From contig JBJEWF010000022.1 of assembly GCA_051884915.1 (NCBI GenBank), positions 13,628 through 77,627 on the forward strand: 64,000 nucleotides of DNA, in the 5' to 3' direction. This stretch comes from Kiritimatiellia bacterium (GTDB lineage Bacteria; Verrucomicrobiota; Kiritimatiellia; RFP12; UBA1067). How positions within the stretch are numbered: position 1 is the first letter of the stretch; each line of letters starts with the position of its first letter. The notes under the pieces are model-generated. The model was not told the DNA's origin. It saw only the letters and a program-made list of their open reading frames with translations, and made no database searches. Position numbers and translations under genes: made by a program. This document shows positions 44,983-54,856 of this stretch, in pieces.

Positions 44983-46223
44983 CCGTAACGTTGAAGATCG
45001 ACAAGACCGTCTACGGCGGGGACGGTCTGGGGCGGCTGGGCGACGGACGGGTCTGCTTCGTGCCGGGCGCGTTCGCGGGCGAGACGGTCAGGGCGGAACT
45101 TGTCGAACAGAAGCGGACGTTCGTCCGGGCGCGTCTTGCCGAGGTGCTTGACGCGCTGCCCGAACGCGCGGGGGGCGTGCCGGCCGCGGACCGCGTGCCC
45201 GGCATGGTCTATGCCGACGTCGACTACGCGGCCGAACTGCGCTTCAAGCGGGACCAGCTGGAGAATTTTCTCCGGAAGGCGTCCTCGTCGCCGCCGCCGC
45301 TGGAAGTCGTGGCCGCGCCACGCCCGCTCAACTACCGGAACAAGGTCGTCTACCATGCGGCGCGCCAGGACGGAAAGTGGGTGCTGGGGTATCGCGAGGA
45401 GCCGGCGCATCGCGTGGTCGACGTCGTGCGGGATCCGCTGGCGTGTCCCGCCATCAACGCCGCGCTCGCCTCGATCCGCGCGAACGTCTTCTCGCTGCTG
45501 ACGCAGGGCGCGCGGGCGGTTCGGCAGTCGGCCCGGTCCGCGGGCAACGTGACGATCCGCTGGACGCCGATCGACGGGGTCAAATGGTGGATCGGCGATC
45601 CGCCGCGGACCGAACTGCACGAACGGACCGCCGGCAGGACGTTTCTCGTGCCGGCCGACGGGTTCTATCAGGTCAATCCCGACGTCGGCGACCTGCTCGT
45701 GCGGGCGGTGTGCCGGGACTATGCGGCCGGCCGGGCGGATGCCGCGCAGCTGCTCGACCTCTACTGCGGTGTCGGCGTCTTCGGCCTGGCCTGCCTGGCC
45801 TCCTGCGCGGCCGCGGATCCCGGCGCGGTGGCGGCGGCGCGGCTGGTTGGCGTCGAATCGGGGCGCGCGGCGGCCGTCTGCGCGAAGAAGAACGCCGCGG
45901 CGCTGGGCGTGAAGGCGAATTTCTTCTGCGAACGCGTCGGCGCGAGCCTGAGCCGCATCAGAATCGGGCCGCAGCATACGGTGATCGTCGATCCGCCGCG
46001 CGGCGGCATGGAATCCCATGTCCCGGGCTGGCTCGCGAAGCGTCCGGCCCGGCGCATCTTCTACGTGAGCTGCGATCCGGCCACGCTGACGCGCGACCTG
46101 TGCGAACTCGTCAAGACCTACAGGATCGGGAAAGTCGCGCTCTTCGACATGTTTCCGCGCACGGCGCGGTTCGAGACGCTCGTCGTGCTGGAGCCCGCCC
46201 CGCGCGTCCCGCCCGTCCATTGA
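44979..46223 (+). CDS. TRAM-domain class I SAM-dependent RNA (uracil-5) methyltransferase, RlmD/TrmA-like
   Basis: N-terminal TRAM-like GDGLGRL..G.VCFVPGAFAGETV, motif I LLDLYCGVGVFGL, motif IV VIVDPPRGG, SCDPATLTRD. ATG 44973 is an alternative start. Confidence 0.8.
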   Translation: MTVTLKIDKTVYGGDGLGRLGDGRVCFVPGAFAGETVRAELVEQKRTFVRARLAEVLDALPERAGGVPAADRVPGMVYADVDYAAELRFKRDQLENFLRKASSSPPPLEVVAAPRPLNYRNKVVYHAARQDGKWVLGYREEPAHRVVDVVRDPLACPAINAALASIRANVFSLLTQGARAVRQSARSAGNVTIRWTPIDGVKWWIGDPPRTELHERTAGRTFLVPADGFYQVNPDVGDLLVRAVCRDYAAGRADAAQLLDLYCGVGVFGLACLASCAAADPGAVAAARLVGVESGRAAAVCAKKNAAALGVKANFFCERVGASLSRIRIGPQHTVIVDPPRGGMESHVPGWLAKRPARRIFYVSCDPATLTRDLCELVKTYRIGKVALFDMFPRTARFETLVVLEPAPRVPPVH

Positions 46224-46263
46224 ATCGAAACCGTAAACAGTCAAAACCGGAAAGGATGAAACC

Positions 46264-47481
46264 ATGAAATCGAAATCCCTTTTGCTGCTGGCGGCGGGCC
46301 TGTCGTTCGCCGGTTCGCTTCTCGCCGCGCCGGCGGCGACCACGTTTGCGCGCGACGCGCTGAAGCCGTATGTCGACAACGGCCAGCTGCCGGGGGCGAT
46401 CAGCGTCTTCGCGAAGCCCGGCGCCGAGGAAATCGCGTGCATGGGCTATGCGAATGTCGAGACGAAGCGCGCCATCCGGATGGACGACCCCTACATGCAG
46501 TGTTCCCAGACGAAGGGGTTCTGCGGCGTGACGATCGCGATTCTCGTGGAGGAGGGCCGGCTGAAGCTGGACGACCCGGTGGCGAAATACCTGCCGGAAT
46601 TCGCGAATCTCTGGGTGAAGACTTCGGAATCGAACGGCGTGCGGACGCTGACGAAGGCGCGGAACGTGCTGACGGTGCGCATGGTGATGAACCACACGGG
46701 CGGCTTCCCGTTCGAGATCTGCGCCAAACAGGGCAATATCAAGGGCGGCGGCTGGTCGGGCGGTGCGCCGCTGCGCCAGACGGCGGCGATCGCGGCGGCC
46801 TGTCCGCTGCTGTTCGAGCCGGGCACGAAGGTCCAGTATTCGAACACGGGCATCGACATCGGCGCGGCCGTGACGGAGATCATCACGGGCAAGCCGTGGG
46901 AGGATTTCCTCAAGGAGCGCGTGCTGCTGCCGCTGGGCATGAGGGATTCCGGGTTCTGGCCGAGCGACGAACAGCTCGCGCACCAGGTTGAGATGTACAC
47001 GTGCCAGAAGGACGCGCCGGCCAAGTACCAGCGCGAGGCGAGCATGCAGCAGCGCCCGTACAACGGTCGCCACGTGTTCGCGTCGGCGGGCGCGGGCCTC
47101 TGGACCACGGCGGCGGACCAGCTCAAGTTCTACAAAATGCTGATGAACCTCGGCGTGGGCGAAAACGGCGTGCGCATCCTCAAGGAGGAGACGGTCAGGA
47201 ACCTGCTCGCGGTTTCGTCGCGCCCGAAGGGCATGGGCGGCTATTCGCTCGGCCTCTCTGCCCCGGAAACCGACGCGGAAGACCAGTGGTTCGGACACGG
47301 CGGCGCCTGGGGGACGAACTGCATGGTCAACTGGCACCGGAAGCAGCTGAAGCTGTGGGCGGTCCAGCTGACGGGCGGGCCGCGGCCGTGGGATGGCGCG
47401 CGCGCGAAGGCGGCCGACGCGTTCTTCAATGCGAAGATCGACAACACCGGCGCCGACGCCTACACGGGCCGCCTGAAGTAG
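46264..47481 (+). CDS. secreted serine hydrolase, beta-lactamase (class C/PBP4*-like) family
   Basis: Signal peptide MKSKSLLLLAAGLSFAGSLLA, SQTKGF (SxxK), YSNTG (YxN), HGGAWG. Confidence 0.8.
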   Translation: MKSKSLLLLAAGLSFAGSLLAAPAATTFARDALKPYVDNGQLPGAISVFAKPGAEEIACMGYANVETKRAIRMDDPYMQCSQTKGFCGVTIAILVEEGRLKLDDPVAKYLPEFANLWVKTSESNGVRTLTKARNVLTVRMVMNHTGGFPFEICAKQGNIKGGGWSGGAPLRQTAAIAAACPLLFEPGTKVQYSNTGIDIGAAVTEIITGKPWEDFLKERVLLPLGMRDSGFWPSDEQLAHQVEMYTCQKDAPAKYQREASMQQRPYNGRHVFASAGAGLWTTAADQLKFYKMLMNLGVGENGVRILKEETVRNLLAVSSRPKGMGGYSLGLSAPETDAEDQWFGHGGAWGTNCMVNWHRKQLKLWAVQLTGGPRPWDGARAKAADAFFNAKIDNTGADAYTGRLK

Positions 47482-47718
47482 GCCCTTCCCGCCGGCGGGA
47501 CCAAAGGCGCGGCCGGGGCGGTCCAGGATGCCGTGGCCGAAACGGGCGGCAGGACTTCGCGCGCAGGTTTGGAAGGACGCCGGGGCGTCTGCGCGGGAGC
47601 GCGGTTCACGAACGGGCCGCGGCCTCCGGCCGGCGGTTCGTCCCGTGATGTCCGGCTCGGGACCGTTGCCGATGGCGGCCGGCATTTCCGCCGTACCCTC
47701 AACTTCCCATCCGATTTG

Positions 47719-47727
47719 TGGTATAAT
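47719..47727 (+). promoter_or_regulatory. extended -10 promoter element TGGTATAAT (leaderless)
   Basis: Consensus TATAAT with TGg; it ends 9 nt before ATG 47737 and there is no SD. Confidence 0.5.
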
Positions 47728-47736
47728 GGCACTCTT

Positions 47737-48690
47737 ATGCGAGCATTGGCTTTTCTGATGGCTTTGGCCGTTCTGCTGCGGGCGGGCGCGGGCGAGTGGG
47801 TGAAGCATCCCGCGAATCCGGTGATGGGGGATCCCGTCCGGCTGGGGACCTGCTTTGACGTGAACGTGATTCCCGGCCGCGCCGCGAAGTACGACATGTA
47901 CTTCTCGTGGCGGCCCCGCAAGGCGATCGCGCGCTGTTCAAGCGCGGACGGCATCGCGTGGTCGGAACCGGAAATCGTGCTGGCGGGCGATCCGGCGAGC
48001 GGCTGGGAGGACCAGGTCAACCGCAGCTGCACGGTGGTGAAGGACGGCGTCTACCACCTGTGGTACACGGGCCAGGCGCGCGGTTACAGCAAGATCGGCT
48101 ATGCGACGTCGAAGGACGGCAGGGCCTTCACGCGCGTTTCCGCACTGCCGGTGATGGTCCCCGAGCATCCGTGGGAGGGGTGCAGCGTCATGAATCCCTA
48201 CGTCCGCTGGGACGGCGCGCGGAAAGTCTGGCGGATGTGGTACGCCGCGGGCGAGACCTACGAGCCGAACGTGCTGTGCTATGGCGAATCGAAAGACGGC
48301 CTCGTGTGGGAGAAATCGCCCGTGAACCCGATTTTCGCCAAAGGGCGGAAAAACGGCTGGGAGCGGGACCGCGTGGGCGGCTGCGAAGTCCACCCGCTGC
48401 CGGACGGGCGGCACGTGATGTTCTACATCGGATATTCCGACATCCATACGGCGCGCATCGGCGCGGCGGTTTCGCCGGACGGCGTGACGCGGTGGCGGCG
48501 GCTGAAGGCCAATCCGATCGTTGCGCCGACGCCGGGGACGTTCGACGCGTCGGCCTGCTACAAGCCGTCGGTCGTCCGGGACGAGGCGCGCGGCCGGTGG
48601 CTGCTCTGGTACAACGGGCGTTTCGCGGACAAGGGCGAGTACGTCGGCCTGGTCGTCAAGGACGGGCTTGATCTGGGCGAATTGGAATGA
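47737..48690 (+). CDS. secreted five-bladed beta-propeller glycoside hydrolase-like protein (GH43/GH32/GH130-like fold, family not resolved)
   Basis: Signal peptide MRALAFLMALAVLLRAGAG. Repeated blade pattern: DGVYHLWYTG, SKDGRAFTR, VWRMWYAAG, SKDGLVWEK, WLLWYNG. Confidence 0.7.
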   Translation: MRALAFLMALAVLLRAGAGEWVKHPANPVMGDPVRLGTCFDVNVIPGRAAKYDMYFSWRPRKAIARCSSADGIAWSEPEIVLAGDPASGWEDQVNRSCTVVKDGVYHLWYTGQARGYSKIGYATSKDGRAFTRVSALPVMVPEHPWEGCSVMNPYVRWDGARKVWRMWYAAGETYEPNVLCYGESKDGLVWEKSPVNPIFAKGRKNGWERDRVGGCEVHPLPDGRHVMFYIGYSDIHTARIGAAVSPDGVTRWRRLKANPIVAPTPGTFDASACYKPSVVRDEARGRWLLWYNGRFADKGEYVGLVVKDGLDLGELE

Positions 48691-48773
48691 TTGTCCGGCG
48701 ATGCTGTCATCCGCGAAAGTTTCCCGCATATCCCGTGCGGATGGAATTGGCAGTTGCGCCGCAAAAATGGAAA

Positions 48774-48782
48774 TGAGATAAT
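48774..48782 (+). promoter_or_regulatory. extended -10 like element TGAGATAAT (leaderless operon start)
   Basis: Ends 8 nt before ATG 48791; no SD. It is the only promoter-like element I see before the six overlapped genes. Confidence 0.45.
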
Positions 48783-48790
48783 ACCCGTCA

Positions 48791-50263
48791 ATGGCGAAGA
48801 CAATAACAGTCCTGGAACTTTCGGGCGATGCGCTCCGCGGCGTCCGCTTGACCGAGGAAAAGGGGGGTTGCCAGCGCGTGCTCGCCGGTTCCTGGCCGCT
48901 GGGGCTTCCTTCGGGGAGTTCCGGAAACGACGGTTCCGGCGGCGCGGACGGCGAGGCGACCGCGGACGGCGAGGCGGTGAAGGAGGAGATCCTCCAGGAG
49001 GACAGGCCGCTGGCCCGCGCGTTCAAGGCGGCGGTCGCCCGTTTCGGCACGCATGAATTCGCGCTGGCGCTTCCGCTTTCCCGGTTGCTGGTGAAGTCCG
49101 TGCGGCTGCCCGTCGAGGCGAAGGACGATTTCCTCGATGCGGCGCAGGCCGAACTGGACGGCATCTCGCCGTTTCCCGACGAAGCGCTGAAGCCGGGGAC
49201 CGAAATCGTCGCGGAGACGGACAAGGAGTTCGTCGGCATCATGGCGGCCCTGCCGGAAGCGGCTTCCGCCGAAATCGCGGAAGCGCTCTCCGTGGCGAAA
49301 ATCCACGTCACCCGCGCGGACATTGCCGTGTTGGGGTGGATGTGGTCCCTCTGGCCGCGGCTCTGCGAGACGGACGCCGTCTCCCGGCGGCTCGTGCTGT
49401 TCGATTCCGGCACGGGCTGGGATTTCGTCGTGCTGGACGAGGGGGCGCCGGTCTATCTGCGCGGAATCGGAGCCATCGCCTCCGCCGCGGAACTGGGCCG
49501 CGAGGTGACGCTGAGCCTGCTGCAATGCGATTCGGCCGGTCCGGCCGAAATCGGCGAGGTGGTCGTCTGCTCGCGCGGCGCCGTGGCGGACGACGTCGCC
49601 GCCCGTCTGGCGGCTTTCGGACCCGTGCGGACGGTTCTGCTCGAAGACGAATACGCGGGCGCCGATGGCGCGGCGCGGCGGATCGCCGAAGGCCTGTCGC
49701 TCGACGTCGCGCCGGCCCTGTGGACGGAGGATCTCGTCGAATCGCGCTTCCGCCGCAAGATGCTGGTCTTCCTCTCCATCGCCGGCGGCCTCTGGCTGGC
49801 GCTCATGGGCGTTCTGTTCGGCGTCGACACCGTCTACGACTTCCTGGCCGACCGCCAGAAGGACATGCGGAACGCGCCCCGGCACAAACGGGAGTACAAG
49901 GAGGTGTCCGACATGAAGGACCGCGTGGCGCTGATCGAACGCTACTCGGACCGGGCGCACAGCGCGATCGAGATCCTCAAGGCGGTGTCGGACAGCCTGC
50001 CGCCGTCGGAGGACATGGCGTTCCGCTCGTTCCGCTACGTGCGGGGCGAGAGCGTGCGCGTGCAGGGCAGCGCCGGCCAGCGCGAGGATCTGCGCACCTT
50101 CACGGAAAAGCTGGAAGGCCTGACCCTGGACGACGAGGCGGACAACCTGTTCGAGAAGGTCCAGCAGACCGGAGGCGAGAACCAGACGAAGAAGGGCATC
50201 CGCTTTTCCATCGAGGCGTTCTTCCCGCAGGCGGAAGACGGCGCGAAAGGGGGCGGCCGATGA
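48791..50263 (+). CDS. PilM-like actin-fold domain fused through one TM helix to a PilN-like periplasmic domain (GspL-like architecture)
   Basis: N-terminus ITVLELSGDALRGVRL and LVLFDSGTGWDFVVLDEG resemble PilM. TM segment MLVFLSIAGGLWLALMGVLFGV, then a ~150-aa periplasmic domain. Assignment is by architecture and context. Confidence 0.65.
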   Translation: MAKTITVLELSGDALRGVRLTEEKGGCQRVLAGSWPLGLPSGSSGNDGSGGADGEATADGEAVKEEILQEDRPLARAFKAAVARFGTHEFALALPLSRLLVKSVRLPVEAKDDFLDAAQAELDGISPFPDEALKPGTEIVAETDKEFVGIMAALPEAASAEIAEALSVAKIHVTRADIAVLGWMWSLWPRLCETDAVSRRLVLFDSGTGWDFVVLDEGAPVYLRGIGAIASAAELGREVTLSLLQCDSAGPAEIGEVVVCSRGAVADDVAARLAAFGPVRTVLLEDEYAGADGAARRIAEGLSLDVAPALWTEDLVESRFRRKMLVFLSIAGGLWLALMGVLFGVDTVYDFLADRQKDMRNAPRHKREYKEVSDMKDRVALIERYSDRAHSAIEILKAVSDSLPPSEDMAFRSFRYVRGESVRVQGSAGQREDLRTFTEKLEGLTLDDEADNLFEKVQQTGGENQTKKGIRFSIEAFFPQAEDGAKGGGR

Positions 50264-50850
50264 TCGCTTCCAATCTTCCGCGCAACCAGCGCGCGCTGCT
50301 GGCCATCGTCGGGGTGATCGCCCTGTACGGCCTTGCCGCGCTGCTGTGGTTCTCCGGGCGGCAGGAGGCCTGGAACAGGTCGCGCAAGAACTACGAAAAG
50401 GCCCTCAAGCAGATGGCGGCCGAGAACAGGATGATTTCGCAGCGCGAGACGTGGCGCGAGCGGCTGGCGGCGGAGAGCCTCAAGATGCCGGTCGCCGAAG
50501 AGGGCGAGTCGACGCAGACGCGCTGGCAGCGCGTGCTGGAGAGGATCGCCGCCGACCACGGCGTGTCCATTTCCAGCGAGCAGCCGAAGCCCGAAGAGGA
50601 GCACGGGAAGGTCTGGGAAATGCCCATCGAGGTCAAGTACGAGGCCGCATTGGGAAAGCTCGTGGAGTTCCTGCATGCGCTCAACACCGCCGAGGGGGCG
50701 ATGCTGGACGTCAGGGAACTGGAGATTTCGACTAAAAACAACGGGTGGTTGAGTGGTAAATTCACGCTGACGTGCGCCTACGTCAAGGAGGCCGGGGCTT
50801 CATCGCCGGCTCCGTCCGCGGGCGCCGCAAAGAAAGGTTCCGGCAAATGA
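50260..50850 (+). CDS. PilO/GspM-like bitopic inner-membrane protein
   Basis: N-terminal TM ALLAIVGVIALYGLAALLWF, a coiled-coil segment, and a C-terminal alpha/beta domain (LGKLVEFLHALN...LDVRELEI...GKFTLTCAY). ATGA overlaps on both sides. Confidence 0.5.
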   Translation: MIASNLPRNQRALLAIVGVIALYGLAALLWFSGRQEAWNRSRKNYEKALKQMAAENRMISQRETWRERLAAESLKMPVAEEGESTQTRWQRVLERIAADHGVSISSEQPKPEEEHGKVWEMPIEVKYEAALGKLVEFLHALNTAEGAMLDVRELEISTKNNGWLSGKFTLTCAYVKEAGASSPAPSAGAAKKGSGK

Positions 50851-53771
50851 AAAAAGTTTTTCGCGTCGCGATGGCATTCGCTCTTCTGGGGCTGGCCGGC
50901 CGCGCTTTCGCCCAGTCGCCGCTCCTGCAGCGCTCCGCCGCGCGGCGCGGGCTGCTGCGCCCGGGCGCAGCGGCCGACGCCCGGCAGGGCAATGCGCCCG
51001 CGGCCGGCGGCAACGAGGCGAAGACCACCGAGGACCAGCTGAAGGAGGCCATGGGCGAAAAGGGAACCAACGGCGTGCCGACCCGGCTGGCCTTCGACAA
51101 GGCCCCGGTCGACCTGCTGCTCTACGCCTACGCGGACGTGGCGGGCAAGATCCTGCTGCCGTCCCCGAATCTGCCGAAGACGGAAATCACGCTGAAGACG
51201 TGGGACGACCGCGAATTGACGAAGGAGGAATATCTGGAGGCCATTGAAGTCGCCCTGACGATGCACGGCGTCGTGATCGAACCGTTCGACAGGATCTTCC
51301 TCCGCGCGTTCGAGCGCAAGTCCGTCCGCACGCAGGGCATCCGCACCGCGATGAACGTCGAGACGAACGGCATCCCCGAGAAGGGCCGGGTCATCAGCCA
51401 GCTCATCCGGCTCAACCACATCACGGCGGAGGAGGGGCAGAAGGCCCTTGAGGGGTTCAAGGCGCCGGAGGGCCTGTTCCAGGTCTTCGAGCGCAACAAC
51501 TCGATTCTCGTCACCGACACGCAGGAAAACATCAACCGGATGCTGGAGATCGTCAAGGAGCTCGACGTCGCCAATCCGGTGATGGAGGACGTGTTCACCC
51601 GCCAGATCCAGTTCGCCGTGGCCTCGGAGATCAAGACGGCGCTTGAGACGATCGTCACCGAGTCGCAGAAGGACGCGTCGCAGCAGGCGAAGAGCGGCCC
51701 GAAGGAGAGCGGCGCGCCGGGCTTCTCGTCGCGCGTGTCCCAGCCGCAGCCCAGCCGCCTGCTGAACCTGAACCGCCCGGGGGCGAACCGGGCCGAACCG
51801 GCCCCGGTCGTCGCCAACAAGACGATGATGGCGCAGGTGTCGGACGCCGACCGCGGCATGATCCGCGGCAAGGTGCTCATCCTGGCCGACGACCGGTCGA
51901 ACAAGCTGATCGTCATTACGGCGAAGACGAACATGGACTTCTTCGACAAGGTCATCGAGACGCTCGACGTCGAGACGACGCCGGAGGTGAGCGTCGAGGT
52001 CATCCGCCTCAAATACGCCGACGCGGAGGAGGTCGCCTCGATGCTGAACGATCTGATCGGCAACAACGGCTCGTCCCAGGCGAAGAACAACCAGAACGCG
52101 AACGCCGCGCGGAACGGAACGGCGAACCGGAACCTGACGACGGGGGCGCGCACCGGCACGGCGGGGACCGCCAGCCGGTCGCCGACCGCCAATCCCACCT
52201 TCTCGAAGAGCGCGGCGTCGGCGCTCGGCGAACTCAACAAGGACAACATCAAGATCCTCGACGACAAGCGCATCAACGGCATCGTCGTCATGGCCCGCAA
52301 GGCCGACATGAAGGCCGTCAAGGAAGTCATCGAGGACATGGACGTCAAGCTCTCGCAGGTGCTGATCGAGACGGTCATCATCCAGGTCGAGCTTGGCGAC
52401 GACCTGCAGACGGGCATCGACTGGGTCCAGCGCGGCCGCCAGCGCATCTCCGAACCGCTCCGGGATGCCGACGGGAACGCGCTGTACCGCTATGACGACA
52501 GCGTGACCGGAAAGACGGTGACGGGTCCGCTGGGGGAGACGGTGGACGACATCGTGATTCCGTCCACGGCCTCCAGCTCGGGCCTGACGCCGCTCATGCG
52601 GAGCTTCGTCAGCCGCGACGGCTTCATCAACAACGGCAGCTACATGCTCGGCGGCGGCGGCGGCTCCAGCACGTCCAAACTGGGTTCGCTGATGCAGGTG
52701 GCCGTCGACGGCGCGACCAACGCCTCGTCGGTGACCTCCAACCCGATCGGCGGCGGCATCAACTATCTGCTCAAGAGCGACAAGCTGAACATCGCGGCGG
52801 TCATCCAGGCCTCGCAGAGCGACAGCCGCACGAAGGTGCTGGCCTCGCCGATCCTGATGACGGTCGACAACAAGGAGGCGACGATCGAGGCGACCGACAT
52901 GATCTACCTCTTCAGCGGCTACCAGTATTCGGGTTCGGCCAACTACGGCAGCCAGGTGCGCAACTACGAGAAGCGGGACATCGGCCTGACCGTGAAGGTG
53001 ACGCCGAAGATCAACCCCAACGGCACGGTGATGCTGACGGTGGAGGAGACGTTCGAGACCCAGGGCGCCGACCAGAACGTGCCGAACGAATCGGGCGGCA
53101 CCGATCCCTACGCGACGGTGACGACGCGCAAGATCTCCAGCGACGTGTCGGTGGAAAACCGCCAGACCGTCGTGATGGGCGGTTTGACGAAGAAGACGAA
53201 CACGGAGAGCGAGAGCGGAATCCCGATTCTGAAGGACATCCCCTGGATCGGCAAGTGGCTTTTCGGCTCCGTGACGCAGACGGAGAAGCGCTCGGAACTG
53301 CTGGTGTTCATGACGCCCTACGTCCTGGACGACGCGGACGCCGCCCAGACGGAGGCGTTGCGCCGCAAGAAAGCGCTCAGCGACCCGCGGCCGTGGGAAG
53401 ATCACGGCTGGTCGACCTCGCCGCTGGCCGATCCGGTCAACAAAAAGGAGCAGCTGCGCCGCCTGAACGACGAATGGCGGAAGCAGGACGAGGAGCGCCA
53501 GAACCAGAAGGCGATCGAGGAGGCGAAGATGAAGCGCGCCCGGAAGCTCGCCGAAATGGACGCGGACGACCGCAAGGAATGGGCGGAGAAGCACCAGAAG
53601 GAAATCGACGCCGAACTTGAGCGCTTCAACGACGAGCAGAAGGATCTGCGGGAAATCGTCGATTCGATCCGCCGGCGGCACCAGGACGCGGTTGAAATTC
53701 CGGCGGTCGAACCGGGCGACGGGCCGGCCCAGCCGGCCGCCGCCGAGGCACCCGCCGCCGACAAGCGATGA
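50847..53771 (+). CDS. T2SS/T4P-type secretin (GspD/PilQ family) with a 145-aa charged C-terminal extension
   Basis: Signal peptide, N0/N1-like domains (ITLKTWDDRELTKEEYLEAIEVAL..., ILVTDTQENINRMLEIVKELD), and a secretin core (VLASPILMTVDNKEATIE, GIPILKDIPWIGKWLFG, LLVFMTPYVL). Confidence 0.88.
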   Translation: MKKVFRVAMAFALLGLAGRAFAQSPLLQRSAARRGLLRPGAAADARQGNAPAAGGNEAKTTEDQLKEAMGEKGTNGVPTRLAFDKAPVDLLLYAYADVAGKILLPSPNLPKTEITLKTWDDRELTKEEYLEAIEVALTMHGVVIEPFDRIFLRAFERKSVRTQGIRTAMNVETNGIPEKGRVISQLIRLNHITAEEGQKALEGFKAPEGLFQVFERNNSILVTDTQENINRMLEIVKELDVANPVMEDVFTRQIQFAVASEIKTALETIVTESQKDASQQAKSGPKESGAPGFSSRVSQPQPSRLLNLNRPGANRAEPAPVVANKTMMAQVSDADRGMIRGKVLILADDRSNKLIVITAKTNMDFFDKVIETLDVETTPEVSVEVIRLKYADAEEVASMLNDLIGNNGSSQAKNNQNANAARNGTANRNLTTGARTGTAGTASRSPTANPTFSKSAASALGELNKDNIKILDDKRINGIVVMARKADMKAVKEVIEDMDVKLSQVLIETVIIQVELGDDLQTGIDWVQRGRQRISEPLRDADGNALYRYDDSVTGKTVTGPLGETVDDIVIPSTASSSGLTPLMRSFVSRDGFINNGSYMLGGGGGSSTSKLGSLMQVAVDGATNASSVTSNPIGGGINYLLKSDKLNIAAVIQASQSDSRTKVLASPILMTVDNKEATIEATDMIYLFSGYQYSGSANYGSQVRNYEKRDIGLTVKVTPKINPNGTVMLTVEETFETQGADQNVPNESGGTDPYATVTTRKISSDVSVENRQTVVMGGLTKKTNTESESGIPILKDIPWIGKWLFGSVTQTEKRSELLVFMTPYVLDDADAAQTEALRRKKALSDPRPWEDHGWSTSPLADPVNKKEQLRRLNDEWRKQDEERQNQKAIEEAKMKRARKLAEMDADDRKEWAEKHQKEIDAELERFNDEQKDLREIVDSIRRRHQDAVEIPAVEPGDGPAQPAAAEAPAADKR

Positions 53772-54856
53772 GCGCGCCCTGCCTATTCGTGCTGAAAACG
53801 GCGACCACGTCCGAAATCGCCCGGGCGTGGCGTGGGCTTCAGCGGGTCGATCGCCTGAAGCGCGGCGAGGAGGTTCTGCTTGACGTTTCCGCCCTGGCGG
53901 AGATGTCGGCGGCGGCGGAGGCTTTCTTTCTGGCGGTGGAACGCCGGGCCGCCGTCCGGGGGGCGACGCTGCGGGCGGTCGACCCGAAGAATCTGCTGGA
54001 GCCGGTCCGCGCGCGCTTCGACTTCGCGGCCTTCGGCCCGACGGCCGTCCCCCGGCGGGAGCGGCCCTGGTTTCTGGAGTCCCTGGGCCGTGCGTTCTGC
54101 GCGGGCCTCGGAAAATTCAGGGCCGTCTGCGCCTTTCTGGGGGAGACGTTCGCCGAGTTCCTGGGCGTCTGCCTCCATCCGTGGCGTTTCCGCCTGGGCG
54201 ATGCGCTGCTGGCGTTCGAACGGGCCTGCTGCGACGGTCTGCCCATTTCCGCGTCGATCGGCTTTCTGCTGGGCCTGATCCTGGCCTTCCAGAGCGCCGC
54301 CTCGCTGAAGATGTTCGGCGTGGAGGTGTACGTGGCCGACCTGATCGCGATCGGGATCTTCCGCGAACTGGGGCCGCTGGTGACGGCAATCGTCCTGGCC
54401 GGCCGCAGCGGCAGCGCGTTTGCCGCGGAAATCGGGACGATGAAGGTCGACGAGGAACTGGACGCCTTGGCGACCATGGGGCTGCCGCCCGTCCGTTTCC
54501 TGGTCCTGCCGCGCGTCGTGGCGGCGGTTTTCGCCATGCCGGTCCTGACCATCTGCGCGGAGCTGGCGGGCCTGCTGGGCGGCGTATTGGTGCTCCAGAC
54601 GATGGGCGTGCCCGCCATGGTCTTCTGGACGCACGTGACCCAGTCGACGACGCCGTTCATGATTCTCTTCGGCCTGGGCAAGGCGGCGCTGTTCGGCTTC
54701 CTCGTGGGCCTGATCGGATGCGACAGCGGCATGCGCACGCGCAGCACCGCCGACGGCGTCGGCGTTGCCGCCACGACGGCCGTGGTGGGGGGAATCGTGG
54801 CCATTGCCGTTTCGGACGGGCTGCTGGCGGTCATCTGCTTTCTTTTCGACCTATGA
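53768..54856 (+). CDS. mlaE: MlaE-family ABC permease with an N-terminal STAS (MlaB-like) domain
   Basis: The N-terminal ~90 aa are STAS-like (LLDVSALAEMSAAAEAFFLAVERRAAVRGATLRAV). The MlaE core has FRELGPLVTAIVLAGRSGSAFAAEIGTMKVDEELDAL. Confidence 0.85.
   Translation: MSAPCLFVLKTATTSEIARAWRGLQRVDRLKRGEEVLLDVSALAEMSAAAEAFFLAVERRAAVRGATLRAVDPKNLLEPVRARFDFAAFGPTAVPRRERPWFLESLGRAFCAGLGKFRAVCAFLGETFAEFLGVCLHPWRFRLGDALLAFERACCDGLPISASIGFLLGLILAFQSAASLKMFGVEVYVADLIAIGIFRELGPLVTAIVLAGRSGSAFAAEIGTMKVDEELDALATMGLPPVRFLVLPRVVAAVFAMPVLTICAELAGLLGGVLVLQTMGVPAMVFWTHVTQSTTPFMILFGLGKAALFGFLVGLIGCDSGMRTRSTADGVGVAATTAVVGGIVAIAVSDGLLAVICFLFDL

Noticed and set aside
47482-47736. 255-bp GC-rich spacer between the serine hydrolase and the beta-propeller GH as a hidden gene or structured RNA.
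   Set aside because: The only ORFs are Arg/Gly-rich in-frame extensions. I see several GC hairpins (tcccgcc/ggcggga at 47487-47500, gacgcc/ggcgtc, acgaac/gttcgt) but nothing resembling a known RNA family. Without a covariance scan it cannot be called.
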